Positions 23,601 to 37,783 of a DNA stretch of 50,645 bases are shown here, one piece after another. The notes beneath the pieces are model-generated. The model worked only from the letters and a program-made list of their open reading frames with translations, was not told where the DNA came from and searched no databases. The position numbers were made by a program, and so were the translations under genes. Source of the stretch: Mesotaenium endlicherianum (Eukaryota); the NCBI GenBank assembly GCA_009602735.1, contig WELA01002573.1:62001-112645 (forward strand), given 5' to 3'. The first letter of the stretch is position 1, and each line of letters begins with the position of its first letter.

Positions 23601-24427
23601 GAGATGGCGAACTTCAAAGGCAGTTTTCAACTTTCAAAACCTAATTTGTAACGTGTTAGGTGCAGTGACCTGTAGGCGCAAACACGAGTGGCACCTGGGA
23701 GGTGATTTAATTGCAAATTAAGTGAAGTAAAACTACAAATGAAATTGGCCAACGACTGGCAATGACGCGCCAAAATATTGCATCATTTGGCGCTTATGTT
23801 ATGCCAATTGCGGTATTTTGTTGTCATTCTCTTTCGCAATGTAGGGCATGTGCCCGACCCGATAATCTGGTCAATCAAAGTCTGGAGGTACACCAAGTCC
23901 ATATTTTGCTCGCGCTTGGTTGGTTGTTGCACAGAGGTCGGACGTGGTTGAACGCCTCCTTGTCACCTTCGACATCACATGCGACATCCGATCACGCCCA
24001 ATCGTCAAACCCGACCTCCTGTAACCCGGAAACAGGGTACGTGGCCGATGTGGACCACCGTGGACTGTGGCAAACCTTCAACCTCGTTCTTCGCTACCCT
24101 CCCGAGCAAAAATGCACATGCAGAGCCATGCAGAGCCACGGCTTCATGCTAGGGGCTCATGTAATAATTCGTACAAGAGGCGCATTTTCAGTGCTCAATT
24201 TCTGTCCAATAGCGTCCATTTCCGACGTCAACTCACAAAAGCTAAACGATCACACGTGTCTCGAGCAGACCGTGAAGGAAACCAACGAATGTGATTCGAA
24301 AGCACTGCATTCTTCACCAAAAACGTGCATGCCGCATGGCGCATGGTGTGCATGACTTGAGCTCAACGAGTGGCGATACTCATATGAAGACCTCCGCTCG
24401 AAGCTCAAAGCTCGAACACGAGCATGC

Positions 24428-25250
24428 ATGGCGACAATCGAGCAAAAGATGGATTTTAAACGGGTCCACCGGCTTCCATCTTTCTTTAATTTTTGCCATT
24501 TCAACAATCTCTGGCCTCCACTCTCCCATTTCTTCCCTCTCCCTACGGCTATTTTCATGCCAGGCATCTCTCACTTTCAAATATGGTCTATAGATCCTAA
24601 GGAGGCCCTGTGGTTGAACCGTCTTGAACGTGCTCCCATCCTCACACCAGGGTATGCAAAATATGCAAGGTTTTTCATAGGTCCTGTTCAGGATTTGGGG
24701 CGCACAGAGGTTGACAAACTCCCACAATTTGCTAATATTTTCCAATGTCCACCTAATGGCGAGAAAACTAGTGTGTTGGTTATAGACGACGCCAGAATCA
24801 AGTATGTGAAGGGGTATCTCGAGGACTTCCGTGCTATGGTGTGTGAAGCTGCTCTGTCGGACGGCTGCCGTGTGATCATGAAGAGGGAGGGAAGGTACTA
24901 AATTAGCTGCACTACGGTGCCGCGTGGTTATCTAGTGAAGTTCAAGGCAGAGTAAATAAATTGCTCAGAGAAGTTATCCATCGGGGAGGTGTTGAAATTC
25001 ACCAAGTGTAATTCAAAGTGTACGCTGGTGTGCCGTCCGAGGATTAAGAGAGTGGCAAACTTGCATGATATGAATAAGGAGCCTAGGACAGTGGGGGTCA
25101 CTATCATGGAGGCCTATCTCATTGACACTGCAGCCGCTGAGGAGTGTAGGCATGGCAGGTGCCTAACAAAGGAAGAAGTATCAAAGCGCCGATGCAACAT
25201 CAATGTGGATCATCTGCTCCGCAGGCGCGCTATTGGTGCTGAAGAGGCCG
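24428..25250 (+). pseudogene. Interrupted reading frame, weakly reminiscent of a Mutator/MuDR transposase N-terminal domain
   Basis: ORFs at 24428 and 24989 share a frame with two stops between; EDFRAMVCEAAL..ISC..KFTKCNSK pattern; no DDE core seen. Confidence 0.2.
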
Positions 25251-25841
25251 GGAGGGCACAGCACCATCCTCGTCGTGTGGTTGGCGCTGTCAGAGAGGTT
25301 TCCCCGACATCAATCTTGCGCTCGCATAAGGTATTATTTCCAGCACTTCCCAGGGCATTGCAGTCGCTGCTCATGTCGCTTCTCCTGCTGCTACCGCCGC
25401 TTGGGTGTTGCTGCAGACTCATGCTGTTGCTACAGCTTCAATATGATCTCCTGCTGCTGCTGCTGCTCTTGCTGCGCTCCTGCACCTATTCCTGCTGAAA
25501 TGTTGCCTGCTCCTGCTGCTGTCACCGATGCCGTCCCTGGTGATACCATTGTTGCCAATGCTGAGGCTGCTGTTGGTCCCGCTCCTGCTGCTCCTGCTGC
25601 TACTGCTGACTATGTTTCCAGCAATGGGGCAACAAAACAAGCAGCTTCCAGCGGGAAGCTCATCATCTGCTGGTGTACGCAGACGTGGTCAGCGAGACTT
25701 CGTTGACAATGACACCAGAGGTAGGCTTGTGTGCTCTTGCTTGCACTAAAAACGTGTAATATGTCTCCACCTGACGGGCCTTCACTTAGATATTCATGAT
25801 GCTTATGAACATACTGAGGACCAAATGATAAAATAGGATAG

Positions 25842-26447
25842 TGAAATGAATCTTACTTATTCAAAATTGATATATTTCATTTAAATATATACAATGAGAG
25901 ATAGGTGGAAGCGTGTGAAATCAGGGAGCGATTTTCGCCCTTATAATGAATTTCGTTTACTCATCTATAACCCTTGACTCACTTACCGTAGTGTGCCATA
26001 GTTGCACACTAATACAAGGCACAAGAAAGAGGCGAGCTTGAGGACTAGAGCTTCTCTTTCAGAAACGCATGGCCTCTTGCCTACCAGGCATACAAGCATG
26101 TATGAGCACATACACAACATCCGGAGACTGAATAGCAAAGGCGCTCTCATTCAGATGACCATAAAGTAGCTAAAACACATCCCACTGACTTAGGTGCAAA
26201 ACCATGGAATCTGTCCGCTGTGTGACCCCAGAATTTCAGAGGGCATAACTCTGTCAATACTACTCGAGAGCAAACTCAACGGCAACGGATGCATCTTGAC
26301 GAGACCTTTCCAAAAAGTCCTAGGTCGCTCCATTTGAAGCGCAGACGAAGCAGCCATGTCAATTCCCGTGAAGGCTGGTCATTAGAACGAACCCAAAAGT
26401 GCACACATGACTTGCAAGTAGGAATCCGACTGTAAAGCTTACTGTCC
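25842..26447 (-). repeat. Partial LTR of family D, cut by the copia element
   Basis: Reverse complement of ~41117-41725; terminus TGAAATGAATC. Confidence 0.9.
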
Positions 26448-26808
26448 TGTTGAAAATCTTCATCTGTCATTGCTTACTCGTTCTATAACAAGACAAATGC
26501 TTCACTTGCAGCTCATACACAACACATATAAGCATGCACACGACACCAAGAGGAGCACTCTCTTTCTCGGGAGCTCAACTCTTTCTTACTCAAGTGTGTC
26601 CCTTACAAGTTTCTCTGCCCTTCTATATTCACATTTGTGGCTGCTAACCTACCATGAACTAATTGACAGTCATGGTCATCAGAAGCCCTACACATCGACA
26701 CTCTCAACCAACATTAGCTGGACTCGACCGACCACAAACTTCAGTCAACCTCCACACATGTGAACGCACATGCTAAGCAATTAGAGCTAGGACTGCTTAT
26801 TTTCTACA
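26448..26808 (-). repeat. Copia 3' LTR
   Basis: TGTTGAAAAT...TTTCTACA adjacent to the PPT. Confidence 0.95.
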
Positions 26809-26826
26809 CTCCCTCTCAGTTCTAAT

Positions 26827-29800
26827 CTATTTGCTCACTATCTCTTTTAGTCCTAGCATCTCAGCACACCATTGGTGCTTTACTCTAGGAACAGCCTTTG
26901 TCAAGGCATCAGCCACCATCTTATCAGTTCTAACAAACTTGAACTCTACACTACCATCAAGCACGCACTCCCTGAACTTATGATATTGAATATCTATATG
27001 TTTACTCCTAGCATGCTCAGCAGGGTTCTTCCCTAATGCAATGCAGCTCTGACTATCACTCAAAATAATAGTGGGCCTCTTCTGCTAATAGCCCAGGTCC
27101 TCCAAAAGTCTTCTCAGCCACAGTGCCTCTCTCACTGCCTGTGAGGCTGCCATATACTCTGCCTCCATGGACGACAAGGCCACCACCTTTTGTCTCTTGC
27201 TCTTCCAGGTCACAGCACCCTTAGCCAGAGAGAATGCATAACCTGTTGTAGACTTCCGAGTGTCTATGTCTCCTCCCCAATCAGCATCACTGCACCCTTC
27301 TAGCCTCACACTATCACTTCCTCCAAGGTGCAACCACAGATTTGGTGTCCCCTTGAGATATCTCAGGATCCTCTTCATTGCCTCCCAGTGTGCAGGGCTT
27401 GGATTCTCCATGAACTGACTCACTATCCCGACTGCGTTAGCAATATCAGGACGTGTGCACACCATCAGATAAATGATACTACCTGCAACCTTCCTCATGG
27501 GCACCTGAGACATCAACTCCCACTCATGCTCATCCTTAGCACACATACTCGAGCTCAGCTTGTGCTTAGGATCAAGGGGCACACTGACAGGCTTACAGCC
27601 CATCATATCAAACCTCTCCAGCACTGTCTGCAAGTAGGCTGGCTGACCCAGCATTACAATTCTCTTGGCCCTATCTCTCTTCACCTGAATGCCAAGCAGG
27701 AACTGTACCTCTCCCAAGTCCTTCATATCGAAGGCACGACTCAGGACATCCTTCACCTTCTGGACCTCCACCATCTTCTTGCCAACGAGCAGCAGGTCAT
27801 CAACATATAGTACCAGCATCACCCTGTCATCACCTGCTCGCTTCATATACAAACTGCTGTCAGCATTGGACTTCACAAATCCCTCACCATGAAGAAAGGA
27901 GTCTATCTTCTGGTTCCACATTCTTGGAGACTGCTTCAGTCTATACAGGGACTTCTTCAGCTTGCACACCTTCTTCGGGAACTTCTCATCAATGAATCCC
28001 TCTGTCTGCTCCATGTAGACCTCCTCCTCCAGCTCTCCATACAGAAATGCAGTCTTCACGTCCATCTGATACATCTCCATATCCTCCACTGCGGCAATCT
28101 GTGCCACGACTCTCACTGTGGCAATCTTGGCAACTGGTGCAAAAGTCTCATGATAGTCTTCTCTCTCTGTCTGGGAGTAGCCCTTTGCCACAAACCGCGC
28201 CTTGTATCTGTCCACTGATCCATCTGCCTTCCTCTTCTTCCTGTAGATCCACCTGCCTCCCACAACCTTCTTACCAGGTGGCAGCTCTGCCAGCTCCCAT
28301 GTCTCATTCTTTGCCAGTGACTCCATCTCTTCCTCAGAAGCCTTTCTCCACTTAGCTACTTCCTCTGTTCGCATAGCAACCTCAAAGGTCTTGGGCTCTG
28401 AGTCATCTACCATGTAGACCACCTCACTCTCTACAGCATCCTCCTCAGCCATCGACTCAGCCACACTTACATACTCATCAAAGCCAAATCTAGCAGGTGG
28501 CACACTCTCTCTTCTTGAGTGTCTAGATGAGCCATGACTCTCTCCACTAGTGGACGCTTCTCCTCCTGCAGGTGATCTAGAGCTCCTCTCAGCTCCCTCT
28601 GTTGCTTGTGGCTCCCTGCCTGCCAGTCTCCTTGATCTTCTCTCCTCTGGTACTGTCGCTCTCTGAGGTCGTGGACTTGTTCTCTTCCTTTCCTGTGCTG
28701 CTCCCTCTGAGAGTCTAGGTCCTGTTCTCTCCCCAATGAACTCGACCTCGTCCTCAGAATCAAAGGCTGCTCCCTCTTGCTCATCACTCCTTGATTCAGG
28801 CTCCTCCTGAGCTTCAATGCCTGGTTGCGGCATCTCTGGCAGTGCCTGAGCTCCAGCAGCAGGGGCAGCTCTTGCAGCAGCTTGAAGCCGAGTCTCAACT
28901 CTGCTCTGCTCTTCTTCCTCTGGTACAAATTCTTCATAGAGTCTAGAGCTCCCAGGGTCCAGCACCTTCTCGTTGAAGATCACATCTCTGCTCACGATCA
29001 CTTCTCCTGTTCTCACTTTCACCAGCCTGTACCCTTTGATGTTGGTGTCATAGTCCACGAGTACACACCTCTCAGATTTGGGTTGCAGCTTGTGCCTCTT
29101 GTCCAAGGGAATATGGGACCACACCTCTGTCCCGAAGACTCTCAACTCTTGCACAGAGAGTTGTTTCCCACTCCAGACCTCCTCATAAATCCTTCCACCA
29201 ATAGCAGCCGATGGCAGCCTGTTACTCACATAAGCAGCAGTGCTTACAGCTTCTGCCCACAAGCTCACGTTCTGACCAGACGCAAAGATCATCGCTCTTG
29301 CAGCCTCCACAAGAGTCCTGTTCTTCCTCTCAGCAACTCCATTCTGCTGAGGAGAGTAAGTGATAGTCAGCTCATGCTTGATTCCTTCGTCCCTGAGAAA
29401 CTTGTCAAAGTAGCCGTTGACATACTCAGACCCATTATCAATCCTCAGGGTCTTGATCTTCTTTCCCAATTGCTTCTCCACGGATGCCTTGTACTTCAAG
29501 AACTTTTCATACGCCTGATCCTTGGTTCTCATAAAATACACCTCAGTCTTCCTGGAGTAGTCATCTGTGAAGGTGATGTAATACAAGTTTCTTGACGATC
29601 TAGCTGTTACACTAGCAGGTACCCACACATCTGAAAGCACCAACTCCAGCAGCTCACTAGCCCTTGAAGCTTCTCCCTTTGGGAATGCCTTCCTGGCCTG
29701 CTTCCCCATCTGACATCCCCTGCAGAATTCTAAACTCTGCCCTGTAAAGTCTGGCAGCCCTCTCTCCGTGTCTTGTGCCATCTGCTTCAATCTCTGCTCA

Positions 29801-31350
29801 CTCACATGTCCCAGCCTCTGGTGCCACAGGTTGATGTCACTCTCCAGCTTGGCACCTCCCTGTGCACCAAGTGCAAACTCAACCTGAAGAACCTGGTCCA
29901 TTACAGATAGAGCAATCTCAATTTGGCACTGGATTTTGAACAAGCTGCCTTGAACACTTGACTTCACAGCCTTCATTACCACATCACCGTCCGAGTCCAT
30001 GACTCGACAATCACTTCCTTCAAACACCACTGTGTTTCCAAGGGCTGTGGTCTTTGGCACTGAAATTAGATTCTTCACTAGTCCCGGACAGTGAAGCACA
30101 TCCTGCATCGTAAACTTGTGCCTCCTCTTGCCTAGCTGAGTCATGACTACCACCTTTCCAGTTCCAATCCCTTGCAGCAGCATGCCATCACCAACTCTGA
30201 CTGGCACTGGACTGCAGGACTTGTAGTCAAGCATGATCTCTCTCCTGAGAGTGGCATGTCTTGAAGCTCCTGAGTCAACAAACCAGGCATCCTCATCCTG
30301 CTCGCTGCACACCAGTGACTCCTCTATAGTAACAGCATTGGCATTTTCTTCAGCATCGTGAAGGGAAGTACCTTCTCTCTTCTGGCTGCAATCCCTGGCC
30401 AGATGTCCCTTCTTGTTGCACGTGAAGCACACTGCATCCTCGCAGCTTGGTGCAGAATGTCCTGTCTTCCCACAAATGAAGCATCTCCCTTTCTTGCTTC
30501 CACCTTCTCTGCCTTGATAGCCTCCTATATGAGATCTTGACCTCCTTTCTCCCCATCCTTCTCCTTACCGACTGGAACTGGCCACGCTAAGCTCTTCCAT
30601 CTGCTCCACTAGCTGATTGCCCACCAGACGAAACTTCTTGTCTCCAAACATGAGTAGAGCCTGTTCAATGGATGAGCTTGCCTTTTCTTTGGTCTCCAAC
30701 TGAACCTCCTTAATGAGCAACTTGGATTCAATGTTCTCCATGGTGAGTTCAGCAGTTGTTAGCACTGACAGGGAGTCTCTGAAGGTCTCAAACTTTGAAT
30801 CCAATCCATTTAGAGCTTGAATCACCTGATCTTCTTGATTCACCTCGGCATCCAAGGCTTTTAATTCCTCACACACTTCTCTGATGCGGGAGAAGTAAGA
30901 CTGCACGCTCTCTCCCTCTTCTTGCTTCAACAGAGCAAACTTCTTTGTAAAGGTGCCTCTGTTAGCAACACTATACTAATGGTGCAGGTTCTTCAACGAC
31001 TCCCACATCGCTGTGCTGGTCTCTAAATTCAGCACTCTCATGTAGGTCTCCTGACCCAAACTCTTTGTAAGCAGATTAAATGCATGTGCCTCCCTCTTTC
31101 GCCATGCAACTCTAGCTGCTCCATTCGCAACATATGCTTCTCTGGTTGCTGCATCAGCATTTGCAGCGGGCACTTGGAGTGGATCTGGGATCTTTTCATT
31201 TCCAAGCACTATCTCCTTGAGATCATGTCTGGCTAACTGTGCACACACTCTTCGCGACCACACAAGATAATATGTGCCCTTCCCATCGAAGTGCGGGAGC
31301 CGAGAGTTAGAACTTGCTCCGATACCATGTTGAAAATCTTCATCTGTCAT
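26827..31350 (-). pseudogene. gag-pol: Copia gag-pol polyprotein with a few stops/frameshift
   Basis: Two CCHC knuckles, WFVDSGASRH, LWHQRLGH..CRGC, RIDNGSEY, GVAERKNRTL, YKARFVAKGY, LYVDDLL, SDADWGGD, RSKHIDIQYH. Confidence 0.95.
31316..31327 (-). promoter_or_regulatory. Copia primer binding site TGGTATCGGAGC
   Basis: Directly abuts the 5' LTR end; same 12-mer as the PBS of A. Confidence 0.9.
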
Positions 31351-31688
31351 TGCTTACTCGTTCTATAGCAAGACAAATGCTTCACTTGCAGCTCATACAC
31401 AACACATATAAGCATGCACACGACACCAAGAGGAGCACTCTCTTTCTCGGAAGCTCAACTCTTTCTTACTCAAGTGTGTCCCTTACAAGATTCTCTGCCC
31501 TTCTATATTCACATTTGTGGCTGCTAACCTACCTCGAACTAATCGACAGTCCTGGTCATCAAAAGTCCTACTCATCGACACTCTCAACCAACATTAGCTG
31601 GACTCAACCGACCACACACTTCAGTCAACCTCCACACATGTGAACGCACATACTAAGCAATTAGAGTCAGGACTGCTTATTTTCTACA
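31328..31688 (-). repeat. Copia 5' LTR
   Basis: Direct repeat of 26448-26808 with about 15 substitutions. Confidence 0.95.
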
Positions 31689-31793
31689 ACCAGCCTCAGC
31701 AAAATTTGTTTGCTTCCATTGCCAGCAGACGGGTCACTTCAGAGAGCAGTGTCCAGTCAAGCACCTCCTAAAGGTCGAGAGAAAAGACCAGCC

Positions 31794-34700
31794 TTTAAAA
31801 GACAGCAACAGTCAGTAATCCAGTCTACTGATTGGGAGGATGCTAGAGATAGGGAGTTGTCACTAGCTGCCCTTGTAGCAGGTATTATGGGTCCTGCTGA
31901 ACTGGATTCACTATGCATGCCTGGCAACCAGATAAAGGAGACCATCAACAATACAAATCTTTAGAGAGTGCACACTCTGGATGATCTTGTTCCACCTGAT
32001 GTCCAACATTTCTTTGCTAAGTCAGGTTAACAATGCGAAAGTCAGGAAAAGACAGTCCCCCCTGTCCTATTGCATTGCATGATTGCAGGTAGGAAGGTGA
32101 GGGCATTTGTTGACGGAGGGACGTCACATACTTTCATCCATAAGGAATTAGTAAAGCGGCTAAGGCTGCTTACTGTCACCCAAGGAAATAGAAAAATATT
32201 CCTTGGAGATGCCTCAAGTATCCCGAGAGGATCTATAAGCAAGCCTATTGAGGTCCAGTTAGGTTCTGGCATTGCAATTCTAACTGAAACGCTTACATTT
32301 GAGGTACTCAACACTGACTTTTATGATCTTGTGCTAGGCAGGTCCTGGCTTAATAGACATCAAGCTGAAGTGTGTTGGAGCAGAGGTACAATTAAAGTGA
32401 GAGGAGCCAGTGATGGGCAGACTAACTTGGCACCCACTAGTGCTCTTCCTCTTGTCCTGTATGGATGGCAAATGAAGGAAAAGAAGAGGCTTCCAGGAGG
32501 ATGCAAATTGCTGAATGCAATAGNGTTCATCGAAAGCTAGAACCAAAAGGAAGACATAATGTTCTGTCTGCTGCTAAGAGAGGTACCTCCTCAACCTGAA
32601 GAAGTAGTTGAGAAAAAGGTAATCCCTCCGGAGCACCCTACTGCTGCAAAAATTGTTGCTCAGTACACTAATGCTTTTAATATGCCTCCAGGACTACCTC
32701 CTAAGAGGGAAGTGGATCACAGGATTGACTTATTACGTAGGAGTTAGCCACCCTGGCAACGCACTTATGGCTTGTCTTATGTGGAGAGCGAGGAGTTGAA
32801 AAGACAGATTGCAGAGCTTGAGGAGACTGGTTACATTTCCCCCAGTAAATCACCTTATGGCGCACCCATCCTCTTTGTTAAGAAAAAGGATGAGAGTATG
32901 CGGATGTGCGTTGATTACAGAGCTCTTAACAGAATTACAGTAAAGAACAAGTATGCTTTACCCAAAATTGAGGACTTGCTTGATACCCTGTCTGGTGCTA
33001 AAGAGTTCAGTAAGATGGATCTCAAGAGTGGTTATCATCAAATCAGAATTGCTGAGGGAGATGAACACAAGACTGCCTTCCGCACACGTTATGGACACTA
33101 TGAGTTGCATGTGATGCCATGTGGACTGACTAATGCTCCTGCAAGCTTCATGGGTGCTATGAATGACATTTTCAGACCTTATCTGGATAAGTTTGTGCAA
33201 GTCTTCCTAGATGATATTTTAATTTTCTAAAGAGATGAAGCTCAGCATGCTGAACACTTAAAGACAGTCATGGACACTCTGAGAAGAAACCAGTTGTATG
33301 CTAAATCGAGCAAGTGTGATTTCTTCAAGGAAAGTAATCAATTTCTAGGCCACGTTGTCAGCAAAGAAGGCGTCAGTGTGGATCCTTAGAAAGTCCAGAC
33401 CATAAAGGACTGGCCTGTACCACAATCTGTCTCCGACGTTAGATCCTTCCTTAAGTTGGCTAACTACTGTAGGAGATTTATTGAGAATTATTTTACAAAG
33501 ACCAGTAAATTGACTATCCTTACTAAGAAAGACATAGGGTATGTGTGGGGGGAAGAGCAGCAGGCTTCCTTCAAACCCTTAAAGATGCTCTTTGTTCTGC
33601 CCCAGTGCTAGCCGTGTATGACCCCAGCAAACCTGTGCAGGTGGTTACTGATGCTTCTGAGTTTGCCATGGGTGCTATTTTGTTGCAGCCTGCTGACAAA
33701 ACCACAAAGGATGGTAAGGTAAAGCAGGAGTGGCATCTTGTGTTTTATGAGTCTATGAAACATAATCCAGGTGAGATTAATTACTCTGTGCATGATAAAG
33801 AGCTGCTAGCTATCATTCATGTGCTCAAATTGTGGAGAGCATACTTACATGGTAAAGCTTCTAAGGTGATTAGAGATCATCTAGCTCTGACTCACTTTCA
33901 AAAGAAGTCCAACCTGTCAAGGAGGGAGAACCGCTGGAGCCAGATGCTGGAGCAGTTTCAAGTCCAGATTGACTACAAACCAGGGAAGTTGAATTCTGCT
34001 GATGCACTCTCTAGAAGACCTGACTTGCAAGAAAGGAACTTTAGTCAACATGTTGTACATAAAGTCCTTTGTGCACTCACTTCACTAAAGGTGAAAAAGT
34101 CCTCCCTTGAACAACTTAGGAAAGCCTACCTTTCGGATCCAACGTTTGAGCCCAGCCCCACTGATGGTGTGTGTCTTGCTACTGCACTTGGGTATAAGCT
34201 TAAGGGAGGCGTCTGGGTGACTGAAACCACTTCAAGCAGGCTGAAACTGGTCATTCCTAATAACTTGGAAATAAGGTCCCTTTTACTGAGTCAAGCACAT
34301 GACCGTTTATTGGGTGGGCATTTGGGGCAGGCCAAAATTGTTGGCAAACTGGCAAAACATTATCATTAGGAGAGATTACCTCGGGAGGTCTTGAAATATG
34401 TTAAGTCCTGTGATCAGTGTCAAAAAAACAAGTCTAGGCACACATCACCGGGGGGTCTCTTACAACCGCTGCCCATCCCAGCTGGACGCTGGGAAACAAT
34501 ATCTACGGACTGGGTGGTAACACTACCAAAAACTGCTAATGGGCATGATTCGATACTGGTAGTCGTGGATAAACTGACAAAAATGGTCATTTTCATCCTC
34601 ACAACCGTCAAAGTAACTGCACTCAAAACAGCAAGACAGTTCTACAACCATGTAGTATGCCAACATGGGCTACCCTCTAATATCACCTCAGACAGACACT

Positions 34701-35620
34701 CATAATGTACCTCTAAGTTCTGGAGAGCTTAAATGGGGTTAACGGGAGTCAAACAGCTGCTCAACACAGCAAACCACCCTCTGACTCATGGGCAGACTGA
34801 AAGAACTAACCGACTTCTGCAAGAGGTGCTGAGAGCATATATTAACAATAAACAAGCCAGTTGGAATGACCTGTTGCTTCAAATCCAGTTTGTGGTCAAC
34901 AATGCCTTGCACGCGTCAACGGGCAAGACTCCTTTTACACTGAGCTTGGGTAGAGTCCCTAAGTCTCCTTTAGATGTACTAGGGGAGTCTTTAACTCACC
35001 CTGAAGGGATTGACAATCCGGTGTCCCTACAGTTAATCCAGGATTTTGTTGACACCCTGTCAGAAGTCCAACAGAACATGCACAAAGCCCAGGAAAACCA
35101 ACAAAATTACGCTAATCAGCACCGTCGAGAAGTGACATTTTCTAAGGGCAATTTGGTCAAACTGCATTCTCAGCACCTGTATCTGCCTGGTGTGAACAAG
35201 AAAAAGCTTGGTCTTGTCTGGGTTGGTCCATATTTGGCGGTGTGCCGTGTCCGTCACAATGCTTACAAACTGAACATGTCAGCCGAATACAAGGGTCACC
35301 CAGTCTTTAATGTCTCCTTCCTCAAACCATACATTAAAGGTGACACACTGTTCACAGGTCGGTTACCTGTCTAACCAGGACCGATCCCCGCTCTCCGAGA
35401 TGGTGACCCTGAGGAATATGAGGTCGAGGAGATTTTCAGACGCTCGCTCTGTCCGTCGATCATCTAAATATGTCATGAAGTACCTGGTCAGATGGAAGGG
35501 TTACGATGCCTCTGGGGACACTTCGGAATTTAAAGACCAGCTGACCAATGCCAAAGGGGCGTTGAAACGATTCCACCTTTGGGCGGCTGGCACCCCTTCC
35601 TTACTGTCATTTTTAGTGGA
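31794..35620 (+). pseudogene. pol: Pol of copy C (degenerate)
   Basis: Fragments nearly identical to PR, RT, RH, IN and chromodomain of A. Confidence 0.9.
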
Positions 35621-35962
35621 CATGGACAGGGGACAGGAGGTCCTGTCTCCATATAAGTCGAAGGGGAATATGACAGTTAGTGACAGATAGTGACAGTTGT
35701 GACAGGCAGCCCACCTTTCAAATTAAGTTGGAGAGAGTGTGATCTGTTTCGGGATCAGCCAGGCGAATTTTATAACCATTCTACACACTCAACCTGCGCT
35801 CATACTCACTTTTTCTCTCTAACTCAATTCTCTCCTATACTCACTCATACAAGGTACTACACACTAAGGACTCCCTTCATCACGTTCTTCTTCACCGTGG
35901 GCACTCAGTAGCGGCAAAGTATCATGACTTCAGTGTATGCACTATGTTTATGATTGAGCACG

Positions 35963-37612
35963 ATGACTCAGAATTCGGAACTTAAGAGGAAGAGAAGAGC
36001 AGAAGAGGCACATGCAGATTACTAGCAGTTTCGTGGCGACATCGAATCATCCTCCGCTCGGGAATCACAACGACTCCAACGATAGCGGGAGGCACAAAAG
36101 AAGAAGGCGGAGGAGGAACAGGCCAGGCTAAGGCAAGAACAACTGGACAGAAAAGCTGTAGAGGAGGCCAAGAAGGCGGAAGAGGAGAGGCAAGTTGAGG
36201 AGAGGCGGAGGCAGCAGGCGGAAGAAGAACAGAAGAGAATCAGCAGCTACCGCTACACAGTGCTGGGCAAGAGCTTTAATCTACTGGAGGAGGCCTTCAA
36301 GTATGCCCAGAGAAGTCGCAGTGAGGCACAGCAGAACATCCTGCAAAGAGAAGGGGAGACCTCTAAATACTCTGACAAGTATATAGAGGTCAGCACAGGA
36401 TTCCTCCTCTACCACGATTATGCCAGGATGGTAGGATACACGATCAGAGAGGCCAAGGCAATGGCCCAGGTGAATGAAGCAGGAGCTGTATCATTTCCGT
36501 GTATCTGGGGGAAAGATGGGGTCATCAGGATGATCCCCATAGACGCGGACAGCTTTAAGGACTCTACATCCCATATCAGGTTCAAGGCCATGTATAATGA
36601 GGTGGAGAGAAGGAGCTGGGAATTTTTGGCGAGGGAAACCACTCAGCTGGACTTTGCAGGTCACTGGTACCCTTGTACTCTGAAAAAGACAGACCCTGCC
36701 TTCTTCCAGAAGCCCACCAATTGGCGGTGGATGACCATCAACATGAGGGACCAGCAAAATGACAAGGCAAGGGAGGAAGACATCCTAACAGACCTACAGG
36801 GGAACATAGTGTTGCCTCCTCATATTACAGTTTGAGACCCAAGACTGGATTGAGTAAGAGATTGCATGAGCCAAAAAATGCAGGAGGACAGGAGCAGGGC
36901 CCGAGAGTCATTCTCTAAAGGGAAGCACGCTTATGCCAAATGAGCAAGCAAGTAGGGAGAAAAGGACCTGTATGCGGTCCGAACTTAACAGCCCCCACCA
37001 GCACCTAAAAGGGGAAGGTCAGTGGGATATTCTTTTTCTCGGTATCAGCAGGAGCAGCTGACAGAAGAGACCCCAGCAGTCTCAGAGGAACCAGGGGAAG
37101 GAGAGGAGAAGGGGTCAGAGGAAGAAGAAGAGGAAGGCGAGGAGGAGGACACTAGCCCCGCTGTGATCCTGACACCTGCCACATCCCTTGTAAGGGAGAA
37201 GATTGGGTTGGCCCCGCATCAGCTCGCTGAAGAGAAAGATATCACTTGGCTGGGAACGGCCAGAGGACAGAGCCCCTCTGCAGGCACGGAGACCCAGTCA
37301 GACAGGGCAGACAGGAGGGTTGCTAGAGAAATAGCCAGAGGCCTGTCGGCATCTCCCTCGCAGAGAGGGCATGTACCCTTGGCTCATGTCATGCAACATC
37401 CTTCTGAGATGCCAGTATATGTACCTGTCAGCTTGAGGGCTGCCCAAGAGAAGGCTGCCTCTATTCAGTTTCAGAGTGTGCAAGAGAAAACAGCCCAGTT
37501 ACTGCGTTCTCCGCGGGGCCCCTACGCGGATCTCTCAGGCTTCAGGAGACCCGAAGACAAGAGGAAGCCTGGCTCCCCTAACTACAGGGCCCCAGGGACA
37601 TCTCCCTTCTAA
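35963..37612 (+). pseudogene. Extra ORF3 of copy C (degenerate)
   Basis: ORFs 36260-36835 and 37022-37612 align to ORF3 of A. Confidence 0.9.
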
Positions 37613-37783
37613 GGGCAGTAGGCTGAGGGCGGAAGGGACAGCACGCTGTTACTAGTGACCCCCACCGTTAGGTATCAGTGTTGAAGCAAAAGGTGGTGGG
37701 AGGCAGATCAGTACTGTCAGCTAGAGGAACCATGTACCCAATTTTAGTATTGTCAAGGCGACAACATGTTAAGTTGGAGGGAT

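Larger units (their letters stand above)
26448..31688 (-). mobile_element. Ty1/copia LTR retrotransposon, two 361-bp LTRs, no TSD
   Basis: LTRs 26448-26808 and 31328-31688, PBS 31316-31327, PPT 26809-26818, order gag-PR-IN-RT-RH. Confidence 0.95.

Noticed and set aside
27328..29595. Plus-strand ORFs of 100-256 aa
   Set aside because: Antisense shadows of the copia pol frame
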